From an uncultured Poribacteria bacterium (GTDB taxonomy: Bacteria; Poribacteria; WGA-4E; WGA-3G), in contig CATQHZ020000001.1 in the NCBI GenBank assembly GCA_958296135.2, positions 224,001 through 288,000 of the forward strand: 64,000 nt of DNA, read 5' to 3'. The translations under genes and the position numbers were made by a program. Positions 49,675-60,306 of this stretch are shown in pieces. Each line of letters starts with the position of its first letter. Positions within the stretch are counted from its first letter, which is position 1. Below the pieces are notes generated by a model. The model had not been told where the DNA came from. It saw nothing but the letters and a program-made list of their open reading frames with translations, and did not search any database.

Positions 49675-50982
49675 ATGCTTATCCACAACGGACGCATCAT
49701 CGATGCCGCCAACAACATTGATGAAATCGGCGACATCCTTATCGTTGATGGAAAAATCGCGCAAGTCGGTGGCCAACCACCCACAGAGAAACGTCACTGC
49801 ACAGAGAAACGTCACTGCACAGAGAAACGTCACTGCACAGAGAAACGTCACTGCATTGACGCAACCGGTATGGTTGTCACACCGGGGTTAATTGATATGC
49901 ACGTCCACCTGCGCGAACCGGGATTTGAGCATAAAGAGACGATTGCCACCGGTACGGACGCAGCCCGCGCGGGCGGGTTCACCTCTGTCGCCTGCATGGC
50001 GAATACGTCCCCGGTGACAGATTCACCCGAACGGATTCGGCATCTCCACAGCATCGTGCAAAAGCGTGCGACAGCGAACGTCTTCCCGGTGGGGAGCATC
50101 ACGAAAAATCTCGCCGGCGAGGCGTTAACCGACATCCGCGGCATGCTTGCCGCCGGGGCCGTCGGCATCAGCGATGATGGCGTTACCGTCATGAACGCCG
50201 AGCTCATGCGCAAGGCGTTGGAACTGAGCGCGGAACTCAATTTCCCTGTCCTAGTCCACTGCGAAGAGCATCACCTCAACGCCGGTGCCGTGATGAACCT
50301 AGGAGAGACATCAAAAAAACTGAAGTTAAAGGGAAGTCCAAACGCCGCCGAGGACATCATCGTCGCGCGCGACATTCTACTGGCGGAGCTGACCGGCGGA
50401 CATGTCCACATCCTGCATGTCAGCACAGCAGGCGCAGTTGAACTCGTGCGGCAAGGAAAACAGCGCGGCGTGCATGTCACAGCCGAAGCATGCCCACACC
50501 ACTGGCTCCTCACCGATGCAGAAGTGGAAAAACAGGGAACGAACGCCAAGATGCACCCGCCCCTGCGCACGCAAACCGATAGTGACGCAGTGATTGAAGG
50601 GCTACGCGACGGCACAATCGATGCGATTGCAACAGACCACGCCCCGCACACACCCGAAGAAAAGGCACTCGGCATGGAAGAAGCACCCAACGGGATTATC
50701 GGTTTGGAAACGTGTGTGCCGCTCGTTTTAACGCATCTCGTTGATGCAGGACATCTCACGTTATCGGAGGCGATTGCGAAACTTACCTGCATCCCTGCGA
50801 AGATCCTCGGTATCGAACGGGGCACGCTTTCCATCGGTGCAGTAGCGGATGTTACCATCATCGATCTGGATAAAGTCGCAAAAGTGGACACAGCGACATC
50901 CCGTTCCAAAAGCCGAAATACACCTTTTGGAGGATGGGAATTGAAGGGGTGGCCCCAACTCACCCTCCGGGAAGGCAGATAG
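49675..50982 (+). CDS. pyrC: Dihydroorotase
   Basis: DMHVHLREPG, MANT.P, HCEE, ATDHAPH, SRNTPF. Confidence 0.95.
   Translation: MLIHNGRIIDAANNIDEIGDILIVDGKIAQVGGQPPTEKRHCTEKRHCTEKRHCTEKRHCIDATGMVVTPGLIDMHVHLREPGFEHKETIATGTDAARAGGFTSVACMANTSPVTDSPERIRHLHSIVQKRATANVFPVGSITKNLAGEALTDIRGMLAAGAVGISDDGVTVMNAELMRKALELSAELNFPVLVHCEEHHLNAGAVMNLGETSKKLKLKGSPNAAEDIIVARDILLAELTGGHVHILHVSTAGAVELVRQGKQRGVHVTAEACPHHWLLTDAEVEKQGTNAKMHPPLRTQTDSDAVIEGLRDGTIDAIATDHAPHTPEEKALGMEEAPNGIIGLETCVPLVLTHLVDAGHLTLSEAIAKLTCIPAKILGIERGTLSIGAVADVTIIDLDKVAKVDTATSRSKSRNTPFGGWELKGWPQLTLREGR
49782..49853 (+). repeat. 18-bp in-frame tandem repeat x4 (TEKRHC) inside pyrC
   Basis: cacagagaaacgtcactg occurs four times. Confidence 0.95.
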
Positions 50983-51095
50983 GAGTCACCGTAAACTGAC
51001 CGCGGCCCCGTAGCGCGAGGGTTTCCCTCGCGACAGCTTCCCTGCGGCATGCAGCGCGAGGGCCGTCACGCCGAGAACAGCAGAAGGAACACTTT

Positions 51096-52232
51096 ATGAA
51101 AGCAATTTTGGCATTAGCAGACGGAACCGTTTTCGAGGGACAACCCTTTGGCGCGATGGGCGAAACCGTCGGCGAAGTTGTCTTCAATACCAGCATGACG
51201 GGCTATCAGGAAGTCCTCACCGATCCCTCTTATAAAGGGCAAATCGTCACGATGACTTATCCGTTAATCGGCAATTACGGATGCAACGAAACGGACATTG
51301 AATCCAGCCGGCCGCAGGTGGAAGGGTTTGTCGTTCGGGAATACAGCGCGTATCCGAGCAATTGGCGTTCACAATGGAGCTTAGATGCCTACTTGGCGGA
51401 GCACGGCATCATCGGCATTCAGGGAATTGACACCCGCGCGCTCACCCGTCGCCTCCGCATCCACGGCGTGATGAACGCCTGTCTCTCCTCGGAAGAACTC
51501 AACCCAGAATCTCTAGTTGCCAAAGCCAAAGCGTGGCACGGCTTAGCCGGGCGCGATTTAGTGCAGCGCGTCACGTGCCCGAATCCTTACGCATGGAATG
51601 GACATCCGGGCTCTTATAGTCATGAACAGGGACAGGGACAGGTGTCCACTTCGCGCGGGACATATCGCGTCGTCGCCATCGATTTCGGCGTGAAATATAA
51701 CATGCTGCGGCAACTTGCGGCGCACGGATGCGCCGTGCAGGTTGTCCCAGCGACAACGACAGCGGAAGCGGTGCTGTCCGCTGAGCCAGATGGCGTGTTT
51801 CTCTCCAACGGCCCCGGCGACCCGAGCCCGTTAGACTATGCCATCAAGACGATACAGAGATTGATAGGTAAAAAGCCGCTCTTCGGCATCTGTTTAGGGC
51901 ACCAACTGCTGTCACTCGCCCTCGGCGGGAAAACCTATAAATTGAAGTTTGGGCATCGCGGCGCGAATCAACCCGTCCAACAGGTAGAGACCGGACACGT
52001 GGAAATCACCGCCCAAAACCATGGATTCTGCGTGGATATCGATTCGCTACCGAGCAACGTTGACGTGACGCATATCAATCTAAACGATGACACGCTTGAG
52101 GGAATACGGCATCGGGACGCGCCGATGTTCTCGGTGCAGTATCACCCTGAAGCCGCCCCCGGGCCGCACGATGCAAGTTATCTGTTTTCAAAGTTTACGC
52201 AGATGATGGAGGATAGCCGCGCCGGCACGTAG
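51096..52232 (+). CDS. carA: Carbamoyl-phosphate synthase small subunit
   Basis: [34 protein letters not shown]. Confidence 0.97.
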   Translation: MKAILALADGTVFEGQPFGAMGETVGEVVFNTSMTGYQEVLTDPSYKGQIVTMTYPLIGNYGCNETDIESSRPQVEGFVVREYSAYPSNWRSQWSLDAYLAEHGIIGIQGIDTRALTRRLRIHGVMNACLSSEELNPESLVAKAKAWHGLAGRDLVQRVTCPNPYAWNGHPGSYSHEQGQGQVSTSRGTYRVVAIDFGVKYNMLRQLAAHGCAVQVVPATTTAEAVLSAEPDGVFLSNGPGDPSPLDYAIKTIQRLIGKKPLFGICLGHQLLSLALGGKTYKLKFGHRGANQPVQQVETGHVEITAQNHGFCVDIDSLPSNVDVTHINLNDDTLEGIRHRDAPMFSVQYHPEAAPGPHDASYLFSKFTQMMEDSRAGT

Positions 52233-52390
52233 CTTGTAGGAGAGACCTCCCGGTCTCGATGCCGCCGCGCCGGCACGTAGCGCGAGGGCCCGGCGATCAC
52301 TAATCGCCGAGGGTTCCCCTCGCGAGCCGCTGCGCACCTACGGCACGTAGATGGACTAAGGGCATCCTTTGAGGATAAACATAACACAAA

Positions 52391-55300
52391 ATGCCAAAAC
52401 GGACAGACATCCAAAAAATCTTAATTATCGGTTCCGGTGCGATTATCATCGGGCAGGCATGCGAATTTGACTACTCCGGCACGCAGGCGTGTAAGGCACT
52501 CAAAGAGGAAGGCTACCAGCTCGTGCTAGTCAACAGCAACCCTGCAACAATCATGACAGACCCGGACTTCGCCGATCGCACCTACATTGAACCTATCACC
52601 GCTGACACCGTGGCGCTCGTCATCGCGAAGGAACGGCCGCAGGCGTTGCTGCCGACGTTAGGCGGGCAAACCGCGCTCAACGTCTCTGTCGAACTCGCCG
52701 AAGCCGGCGTGCTGGATAAATACGGCGTAGAACTCATCGGCGCAAAATTGCCAGCCATTCAGAAAGCGGAAGACCGGGCACTCTTCAAGAAGGCGATGCA
52801 AAAGATCGGGTTAGAGGTACCACAAAGCGGCATCGCGCGCACCGTTGCAGAGGCGTTAACCCTCGTGGAGAAAATCGGCTTCCCGGCAATCATCCGGCCC
52901 GCGTTTACCCTCGGCGGCACCGGCGGCGGCATCGCCTATAACATTGAAGAATACCAGAAAATGGTAGCCGCCGGCATCGCACTCAGCCCGATTAACGAAC
53001 TCCTCATCGAAGAATCTGTCATCGGTTGGAAGGAATTTGAGTTGGAGGTAATGCGGGACGGTGCCGACAACGTCGTTATTATCTGCTCCATTGAAAACGT
53101 CGATGCTATGGGTGTCCACACCGGCGATAGCATCACCGTCGCACCCATCCAAACGCTGACAGACCGGGAATATCAGCAAATGCGGGATGCCGCCATCAAA
53201 ATCATCCGGGAAATCGGGGTAGACACGGGCGGCTCTAATATCCAATTCGCTGTGAATCCGCGCACCGGACAACAAGTCGTCATTGAAATGAACCCGCGCG
53301 TCTCGCGCAGCTCCGCACTGGCATCCAAAGCCACCGGGTTCCCAATCGCCAAAATCGCCGCGAAACTCGCTGTCGGCTATACCCTCGACGAAATTCCAAA
53401 CGATATTACTGCTGAAACACCCGCCTGCTTTGAACCTACCATCGATTACGTCGTCGTCAAAATCCCGCGGTGGGCATTTGAGAAATTCCAAGGCACCGAT
53501 GAGACCTTGACAACACAGATGAAATCGGTAGGCGAGGCGATGTCCATCGGCAGCACTTTCAAAGAGGCACTCCAGAAAGGACTGCGTTCGTTGGAGAACG
53601 GCTGGCACGGGTTTGACAACCACCCGCTTGAGAAACTCCCGCTCTCCGAGCTCTCTAGCAAATTAACGGTGCCGAACGTCGAGCGCATCTTTTACATCAA
53701 ATCCGCGCTCAAACACGGGATGAGCCTCGAAGAAATCCACGCTTATACCCACATCGATCTGTTTTTCCTTTACAACCTCAAGGAAATCGTCGATTTTGAG
53801 CAGGAGTTAACCCAAAATGCATCGCGGAACGGCGGACGAGGGCCCGCCTCGCGCTACGGGGAATATGACGTAACGCTGCTCCGTCGCGCCAAACAATTCG
53901 GATTTTCCGACCGGCAGCTCGCCGACATCTACGACAGCACAGAACACGAAATCCGTCACATCCGTAAGCAACTCGGGGTGGAGGCAACCTTCAAGACTGT
54001 GGATACCTGCGCAGCCGAATTTGAGGCACAAACCCCTTACTACTATTCCACTTGTGCAAGTGAAGATGAGGTGCATCCCACGGACAAACCGAAAATCATG
54101 ATCCTCGGTGGCGGACCCAACCGCATCGGACAAGGCATCGAATTTGACTACTGCTGTGTCCACGCCGCAATGGCACTCAAAGCCGATGGCTACGAAACCA
54201 TCATGGTGAACAGCAACCCCGAAACCGTCAGCACCGATTACGACACCTCCGACCGGCTCTACTTTGAGCCCCTCACCTGTGAAGATGTGCTGAATATCTA
54301 TGACAAGGAGAAACCGATAGGGGTTATCGTCCAGTTCGGCGGACAGACACCGTTGAACCTCGCGATGGCACTGAAAGCCGCAGGCGTGCCGATAATCGGA
54401 ACAAGCCCCGAAGACATCGCCCGTTCGGAAGACCGGCGGCTCTTCAAAGAGGTGCTAGACACCATCAGGCTCAAGCAGCCGCCGAACGGCACGGCGACTT
54501 CTAGCGCGGAAGCTGCACCTATCGCCGCCGCACTCGGCTATCCAGTCATCGTCAGGCCCTCGTATGTGCTGGGCGGCCGCGCCATGCAGATTGTTTACGA
54601 TGAAGAACTGCTTCAGGACTATATGCACTCCGCCGTGCAAGCCTCGCCGGAGCATCCCGTGCTAATCGACAAATACCTTGAGGACGCGATTGAAGTGGAC
54701 GTGGATGCCATCTCCGACGGAAACCGCACCGTCATCGGCGGGATAATGGAGCATATTGAAGAAGCGGGTGTCCACTCCGGCGACAGCGACTGCGTGCTGC
54801 CCCCCCACACCCTCGTCGATGAGCAGATTATGCAACTCAAGGAGTACACCTACTCCCTCGCCAAGGCACTCCGCGTGCGCGGCCTGATGAACGTGCAATA
54901 CGCCATCAAAAACGATGAGATTTATGTATTGGAGGTGAATCCGCGCGCCTCGCGCACCATCCCGTTCGTGAGCAAAGCCATCGGGGTGCCGCTGGCGAAA
55001 TTGGCGGCGCGCGTGATGGCGGGCAAAACGCTAGACGCGCTCGGGTTCACGCAGGAAATTGAGCCGACTTATTTCAGCGTGAAGGTCCCTGTCTTCCCTT
55101 TCAACCGCTTCCCCGGCGCGAACTCTCGCCTCGGGCCAGAAATGAAGTCCACGGGGGAAGTCATGGGCATCGATACCGATGTCTCGCGTGCGTTCGCGAA
55201 AGCACAAAAGGCGTGCGGCTACACGCTCCCGCTCGCCGGCAAGGTGTTTATCAGTGTGCGGAATAAGGACAAACGCGCGATTATTTTCATCGCCAAAAAG

Positions 55301-55630
55301 TTGTATGATATGGGGTTCGAGCTCATCGCGACACACGGCACAGCGAAAGTGCTGCTCCGCAACGGCATGGCGGCAGAGCTCGTCTTCAGCATCGGCAAAG
55401 GGCGGCCGACAATTCACGATTATATCAAAAACCACGCCGTCGCACTGATTATCAACACGCCTACCGGCGATTTGCACCGGCCGAACGAACTGCTCATCCG
55501 GCAGATGGCCATAGAACACGACATCCCGATTTTCTCTACCGTTCCCGGCGCAGCGGCAGCGGTAAACGCGATTGATGCCCTGCAACGCGGCGATATTTCT
55601 GTCGCACCCCTGCAGGATTATTATTTATAG
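52391..55630 (+). CDS. carB: Carbamoyl-phosphate synthase large subunit
   Basis: [44 protein letters not shown] domain. Confidence 0.98.
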   Translation: MPKRTDIQKILIIGSGAIIIGQACEFDYSGTQACKALKEEGYQLVLVNSNPATIMTDPDFADRTYIEPITADTVALVIAKERPQALLPTLGGQTALNVSVELAEAGVLDKYGVELIGAKLPAIQKAEDRALFKKAMQKIGLEVPQSGIARTVAEALTLVEKIGFPAIIRPAFTLGGTGGGIAYNIEEYQKMVAAGIALSPINELLIEESVIGWKEFELEVMRDGADNVVIICSIENVDAMGVHTGDSITVAPIQTLTDREYQQMRDAAIKIIREIGVDTGGSNIQFAVNPRTGQQVVIEMNPRVSRSSALASKATGFPIAKIAAKLAVGYTLDEIPNDITAETPACFEPTIDYVVVKIPRWAFEKFQGTDETLTTQMKSVGEAMSIGSTFKEALQKGLRSLENGWHGFDNHPLEKLPLSELSSKLTVPNVERIFYIKSALKHGMSLEEIHAYTHIDLFFLYNLKEIVDFEQELTQNASRNGGRGPASRYGEYDVTLLRRAKQFGFSDRQLADIYDSTEHEIRHIRKQLGVEATFKTVDTCAAEFEAQTPYYYSTCASEDEVHPTDKPKIMILGGGPNRIGQGIEFDYCCVHAAMALKADGYETIMVNSNPETVSTDYDTSDRLYFEPLTCEDVLNIYDKEKPIGVIVQFGGQTPLNLAMALKAAGVPIIGTSPEDIARSEDRRLFKEVLDTIRLKQPPNGTATSSAEAAPIAAALGYPVIVRPSYVLGGRAMQIVYDEELLQDYMHSAVQASPEHPVLIDKYLEDAIEVDVDAISDGNRTVIGGIMEHIEEAGVHSGDSDCVLPPHTLVDEQIMQLKEYTYSLAKALRVRGLMNVQYAIKNDEIYVLEVNPRASRTIPFVSKAIGVPLAKLAARVMAGKTLDALGFTQEIEPTYFSVKVPVFPFNRFPGANSRLGPEMKSTGEVMGIDTDVSRAFAKAQKACGYTLPLAGKVFISVRNKDKRAIIFIAKKLYDMGFELIATHGTAKVLLRNGMAAELVFSIGKGRPTIHDYIKNHAVALIINTPTGDLHRPNELLIRQMAIEHDIPIFSTVPGAAAAVNAIDALQRGDISVAPLQDYYL

Positions 55631-55732
55631 CACGCATCCCGTACGCGCGGTTGCAAACCGCGCCTACCGGCACATTTTGATAAGGCATTTGTCTCCCGTA
55701 TACGGGAGATTCATGTCGAGAGGAAACACACC

Positions 55733-56536
55733 ATGGCAAACGATGCAAGCCTTGAAAGAAATACCCGCTGGGTCCAAGCACTTGACAGAATTCTCGAAGT
55801 GCTCAACCTTGACATCGAACATCCTATCCGATTTTTGCAAATCGAAGATGGCCGGGAGGTAATTATCGTCCAACCGAACGCCTTCACCGTCTCGCGTGTT
55901 TACGCTACCGGCCGCCCCGATGGACTGCGGCCACACGGCAAAGATTCCTACTACGAGCACTTTCGCGCGAAGTTGGAGGCACATGAAGAAGAACACGGCA
56001 CCGGCGAGGGATTTGAACTGGAACCTGAAGAATGGCAGACGCTCTTCGAGGAATCTTTCTTCCGCTATAACCGCTATTTGCTGTTCGCCGGCATCAAACG
56101 GTGGGAGAATGTCAAACGCGACACCGACACAAACCTCGCCGTTACGATGATGGCGCGCGAATACGCACCACCCGAAATCGCATGGCAGAGCTATCAGTAT
56201 AAAGGCTACATGCTGATGATGAACAGCATCGCCAAAGCCGAGCTAAGCCTGCAACAGGACGATACGGCGGCGGCGTTGCAGCACATCGACGCAGGCATCC
56301 AGAAAATGGGCGAATTTTGCGGCGAATGTCTCCGCGAAGAACACGCCGACGCAGAGAACGTCACGCGCGAACGCTACCTCAGCAACCTCCTTGATTTCCG
56401 CGCCGACATGGAATCTCTCAACACCGGCGAAAACGCAGCGGATAGCGATGCCGATGCCGATGCCGATGACAGCGTGGATAGCGATGAAGCTGACATCTTG
56501 GCGGAGTTAGAACGGCTCCTCAACGACGAAGATTAG
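55733..56536 (+). CDS. Conserved hypothetical protein (GRPDG.RPHG family) with acidic tail
   Basis: Motif recalled from Planctomycete UvrB/UvrC-motif proteins; RBS GAGG. Confidence 0.65.
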   Translation: MANDASLERNTRWVQALDRILEVLNLDIEHPIRFLQIEDGREVIIVQPNAFTVSRVYATGRPDGLRPHGKDSYYEHFRAKLEAHEEEHGTGEGFELEPEEWQTLFEESFFRYNRYLLFAGIKRWENVKRDTDTNLAVTMMAREYAPPEIAWQSYQYKGYMLMMNSIAKAELSLQQDDTAAALQHIDAGIQKMGEFCGECLREEHADAENVTRERYLSNLLDFRADMESLNTGENAADSDADADADDSVDSDEADILAELERLLNDED

Positions 56537-56611
56537 GCAGCACCGGTAGAGGTGAATTGGGTCCCAGGGCCCTGAGCCGTAGGCGCGCTTTGAAAGCACG
56601 CCTACCGCCGG

Positions 56612-57280
56612 TTAGAGTTCCACCGAACCCAACTCATCGTCATCGTCCACCTGTGTGGCACGCCAGAGGACACCCCCGAAGAAAATAAACGCAACGCCGC
56701 GGATAAGCACGTGCAACTCAATGGCCAGTCCAAGCAAGGCACCGATTGGAAACGCAATCGCGCAGAGGAGGAAGAGATACGCGGCAACAGCATTCCCCCA
56801 CGTCCTGAGCGCGAGCCCGTAGCAGAACGTTGTCAAAACGCACAAGAAGGTGCCTGTCATCAGGAGTGCCTCTGCCCATTCTGCCCAGAGCGCGTAGAGA
56901 GCCTGCCCTATTGATTCGGTTTCCGGGGCCGCCATGAATTCCGCTAACGTCTGAAGCGGTGCCGTCAACGCGCAGTGGCCTAACAACTCAACACCCAGCC
57001 AGAGCAACGCGAACAGCGTTCCTAGCAGACTTTGGACGTACGCTTCAGAACGGAGAAGCACATACCCTGCCGCGACCGGCGGCACAAGCAACATCAGCGT
57101 CACGACATCAATACCGTGCAAAACGCTGAGCGTGCCATCAAGCACCTGCCCCGCCTCCAGAGAGGGGAAACCAGACACGCCGTTAAAGTGAATCCAACAA
57201 CTTGCGAGCACCACGAGGAGCCCACTCAAGATACTCGTGATACTGCCGAGTCTATATAGCGACTTTCGTTTATTCTCCAT
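56612..57280 (-). CDS. Multi-pass membrane protein
   Basis: About six hydrophobic helices. Confidence 0.75.
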   Translation of the reverse strand: MENKRKSLYRLGSITSILSGLLVVLASCWIHFNGVSGFPSLEAGQVLDGTLSVLHGIDVVTLMLLVPPVAAGYVLLRSEAYVQSLLGTLFALLWLGVELLGHCALTAPLQTLAEFMAAPETESIGQALYALWAEWAEALLMTGTFLCVLTTFCYGLALRTWGNAVAAYLFLLCAIAFPIGALLGLAIELHVLIRGVAFIFFGGVLWRATQVDDDDELGSVEL

Positions 57281-57541
57281 CAATCACCTTCCTTATGAAC
57301 CTCCATAATACCAATCTGTAGGGGGAACGCCCCTGAGTTGGGTCTGCAGAAGCACCGGCTCCTGCCAATCATGCCTGTCAAGGCCTTAGAAAAATCGTCT
57401 CATGTTAGCGCGTTAGCAGCGCATCCTCAAATCTTTCTTAGAGTCTACGCAAATTCACAATTTTAAGCAAGATTTTCCTTGACACGCCGTAATAGATAGC
57501 GTATAATGTCCTTATCATCATGAGATAAAGGCAACAGAAAC

Positions 57542-58975
57542 ATGAACGCTCAGAAAACCGTGCTGATAGTCGATGCAGACCGGCGGCAGCGCGCCCAAGT
57601 CTGTCAAACGCTCAGCGGTGAAGGACTTCGCCTCATTGTCAAAGACAACATGTATCAGGCGTTTCACCAAATCGAATACCAAAAAATAGATATCCTCATC
57701 GCACCACTGAAGGCAGAACGGATTGACGGCTTGGCTCTCTTGGAAGCCGCAACGCAGCAACACCCCGATGTCGGTATCCTTTTCATTACCGCACCAAATG
57801 TGTTGGAAACCGACATCGGCATCAAGGCGATGACAGCACACGAAGGCACCTACTTCCTGCCGAAGCCTGTCAATCCGGTTCACTTGAAAGCACTGCTACA
57901 GCGAACGCTTCAAAACCAACAACTCGCATTTGAAAACCGGCAGCTGCAATCGCAAATCGACGAACAGGAAGGCCTGCGCCGCATGACAGGAAAATCGCCG
58001 CAAATCAGCCGCGTCCGCGAGATGATTACCCAAATCGCACCGACAAGCGCGACGGTGATGATCTACGGTGCGCGCGGCACCGGCAAGGAGCTCGTCGCAC
58101 GGGCAGTACACCATCGCAGCCTGCGCCGCGGTTCACTCATCGCCTTTAACTGCGCAACACTCAACGAAAACCTCGCCGAATCGGAACTCTTTGGACACGA
58201 ACGCGGCTCGTTTAGCGGCGCATATTATCAACGGAAAGGACGATTTGAACTCGCACACGGCGGAACACTGTTCCTTGACGAAATCTCAAAACTGAGTTTA
58301 TCCAATCAGGCGCGCCTCCTACGCGTCCTCGAAGAACGCGAATTTGAACGCGTCGGCGGCTCAAAAATAATCAAAGTTGACGTGCGAGTCGTCTGTGCAA
58401 CCAACAGCGATTTGGAACGCGCCTGCGAAGAGGGATACTTCCTACCAGACCTTTACGACAGGCTCAACGTCATCCCTATTCATCTACCGACACTGCAGGA
58501 ACGGATGGAGGATATCCCGCTGCTAGTGAAGGATTTCCTTCAGGAATTTTGCCGACAAAACAAGAAACCGCGGATAACACTCACGCCAGAGGCCATCCGA
58601 ACCTTGATGAAATACGACTGGCCCGGCAACGTGCGCGAATTGAAAAATTGCATTGAGGGACTCGTCGTCATGTCCACGCACACCCGCTTGCAACAGGCAG
58701 ACCTGCCGGAACGCATCCTCAAGGCGACGGGCGTGATGATGTCAAACATCGTCTCCGTGCCGACGCTGCAGACAGCAGCGCGCTCGCACACCGGCGGCCC
58801 GCCCAGTCTCAACGTAGAAATCGGCATGTCCCTTGACGAGATTAACCGGGAAGTGCTCCGCGCCACGCTGGAATATGTGGATAATAATAAGGTCAAGGCG
58901 GCGAAAATCCTCCAAATCAGCCGGCGAACAATCCAACGGAAGGCGAAAGAATATGGACTCTGCAATGACGATTAG
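57542..58975 (+). CDS. NtrC-family sigma54 activator with atypical receiver domain
   Basis: REC-AAA+-Fis HTH layout; GTGKE, ESELFGH, LFLDEI, WPGNVRELKN. Confidence 0.9.
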   Translation: MNAQKTVLIVDADRRQRAQVCQTLSGEGLRLIVKDNMYQAFHQIEYQKIDILIAPLKAERIDGLALLEAATQQHPDVGILFITAPNVLETDIGIKAMTAHEGTYFLPKPVNPVHLKALLQRTLQNQQLAFENRQLQSQIDEQEGLRRMTGKSPQISRVREMITQIAPTSATVMIYGARGTGKELVARAVHHRSLRRGSLIAFNCATLNENLAESELFGHERGSFSGAYYQRKGRFELAHGGTLFLDEISKLSLSNQARLLRVLEEREFERVGGSKIIKVDVRVVCATNSDLERACEEGYFLPDLYDRLNVIPIHLPTLQERMEDIPLLVKDFLQEFCRQNKKPRITLTPEAIRTLMKYDWPGNVRELKNCIEGLVVMSTHTRLQQADLPERILKATGVMMSNIVSVPTLQTAARSHTGGPPSLNVEIGMSLDEINREVLRATLEYVDNNKVKAAKILQISRRTIQRKAKEYGLCNDD

Positions 58976-59564
58976 AAAGAAACTTGTAAACCCATATCTG
59001 GCACTCGTCGGGTTTCAGACGCAAGCCGCAGGCGACACTGGGCATCTTGCAGGCTTCCCGTTTCATCTCTCAGACATCTTCGGACCGGTTTTCGGAGTGC
59101 TGCTGCCGACGCTCATCCTCGTTTTCGTTGCGACGGCCGTCTATGCATGGGCGCGGCACAGAAACCGAAGACAGGAGCCCTCGCGATTTGAGGGGCGCGT
59201 TCCTCAACCGCGGCGCGCGCACACGCAGGCGGACACCCCGGAAGCAAGCGCGTTAGAAGCGTTAGAGTTTGCCCTCTACAAGCGCGCCGATACTGCGATT
59301 CGTGATTACTATGCCAGCATTGCGTGCCTGATGCTGCAGTATCTCGGCGAGAAATACCAGATAAAGGTGCATGAGACGACAACGGCAAAGATCTTAGCCG
59401 ATGTCGCAGCCGCGCTCACCGATAGCCAGCTCGACTACATCGGCGAAATTCTTCATACGTGTGATATGGTGCAGCTCACCCGGCATCATCCCACGCGTTC
59501 GGAACAAGACGATATTTACGAAACCGCGCGAGATTTTCTCGAAGGGCAGGCGAAAGGTTTATAG
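58965..59564 (+). CDS. Single-TM hypothetical protein (Bat-operon accessory-like)
   Basis: TM helix, then a YY......YL......E.TT..I pattern. Confidence 0.6.
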   Translation: MTIRKKLVNPYLALVGFQTQAAGDTGHLAGFPFHLSDIFGPVFGVLLPTLILVFVATAVYAWARHRNRRQEPSRFEGRVPQPRRAHTQADTPEASALEALEFALYKRADTAIRDYYASIACLMLQYLGEKYQIKVHETTTAKILADVAAALTDSQLDYIGEILHTCDMVQLTRHHPTRSEQDDIYETARDFLEGQAKGL

Positions 59565-59678
59565 CCACATTTCGCGGGAAGCACGTTCATTTGACTTGAC
59601 AAGTGCTTTTGAAATATGTTATCATAACTATTGTTTCTTACAGTTCAAGTCTAATCTGTCACAAATGAAGGTGTCTAC

Positions 59679-60302
59679 ATGAAAATAGCTGAGTTTCAAG
59701 GAAGCGGAATCGTGGAGGCACCGGAACTCCCCGGTATTTACGCGTGGTATTATCGTCCACAAGCATCTGGAAACAACGTCCCTGCCATTCTTGGACATTT
59801 GATAAAGACTCCGTTTCGCGTGAAAACCGAAATTGCTATGCGATATCGGGTAATCTGGACAGCGGAATCCGAGGTTGATGTTCTCCACGGGGCCGAACGC
59901 CAACCTGCAGACCAGGTTGTTGCAAAGATAGTTACCGATGGCGGCGAACTCATCAAATCCTTGCTTCAAAATGCGATGGTGCCCTACTTTGCAACACCTC
60001 TCTATATCGGAATTTCCCGAAACTTATCTCGGAGGGTGAAGGAACACTACGATGCCTTGACGCAACTCTGGGAAACAGATGCGCAGGTAAGCAGCTACCT
60101 TGAACAGCATCCCGATGCAGCAGTGGAGGAAGGGCAAGATCAGTGTGATTTAAACCATTCGTTTCCACTCAACGCAAGAGTCAAGGGCATCGCACCAAAC
60201 GAACTAGTAGTTTGTGTTTTTCCAATTGAGGCTCCGGATAACCTGCGAGACTTGGAACAAATTCTTCAGATCCTTGCCGATCCAATTTGCGGTAGGAGAT
60301 AA
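59679..60302 (+). CDS. GIY-YIG nuclease domain protein
   Basis: PGIYAW...LYIGIS.NL..R..EH...LE motifs. Confidence 0.75.
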   Translation: MKIAEFQGSGIVEAPELPGIYAWYYRPQASGNNVPAILGHLIKTPFRVKTEIAMRYRVIWTAESEVDVLHGAERQPADQVVAKIVTDGGELIKSLLQNAMVPYFATPLYIGISRNLSRRVKEHYDALTQLWETDAQVSSYLEQHPDAAVEEGQDQCDLNHSFPLNARVKGIAPNELVVCVFPIEAPDNLRDLEQILQILADPICGRR

Positions 60303-60306
60303 ACCG

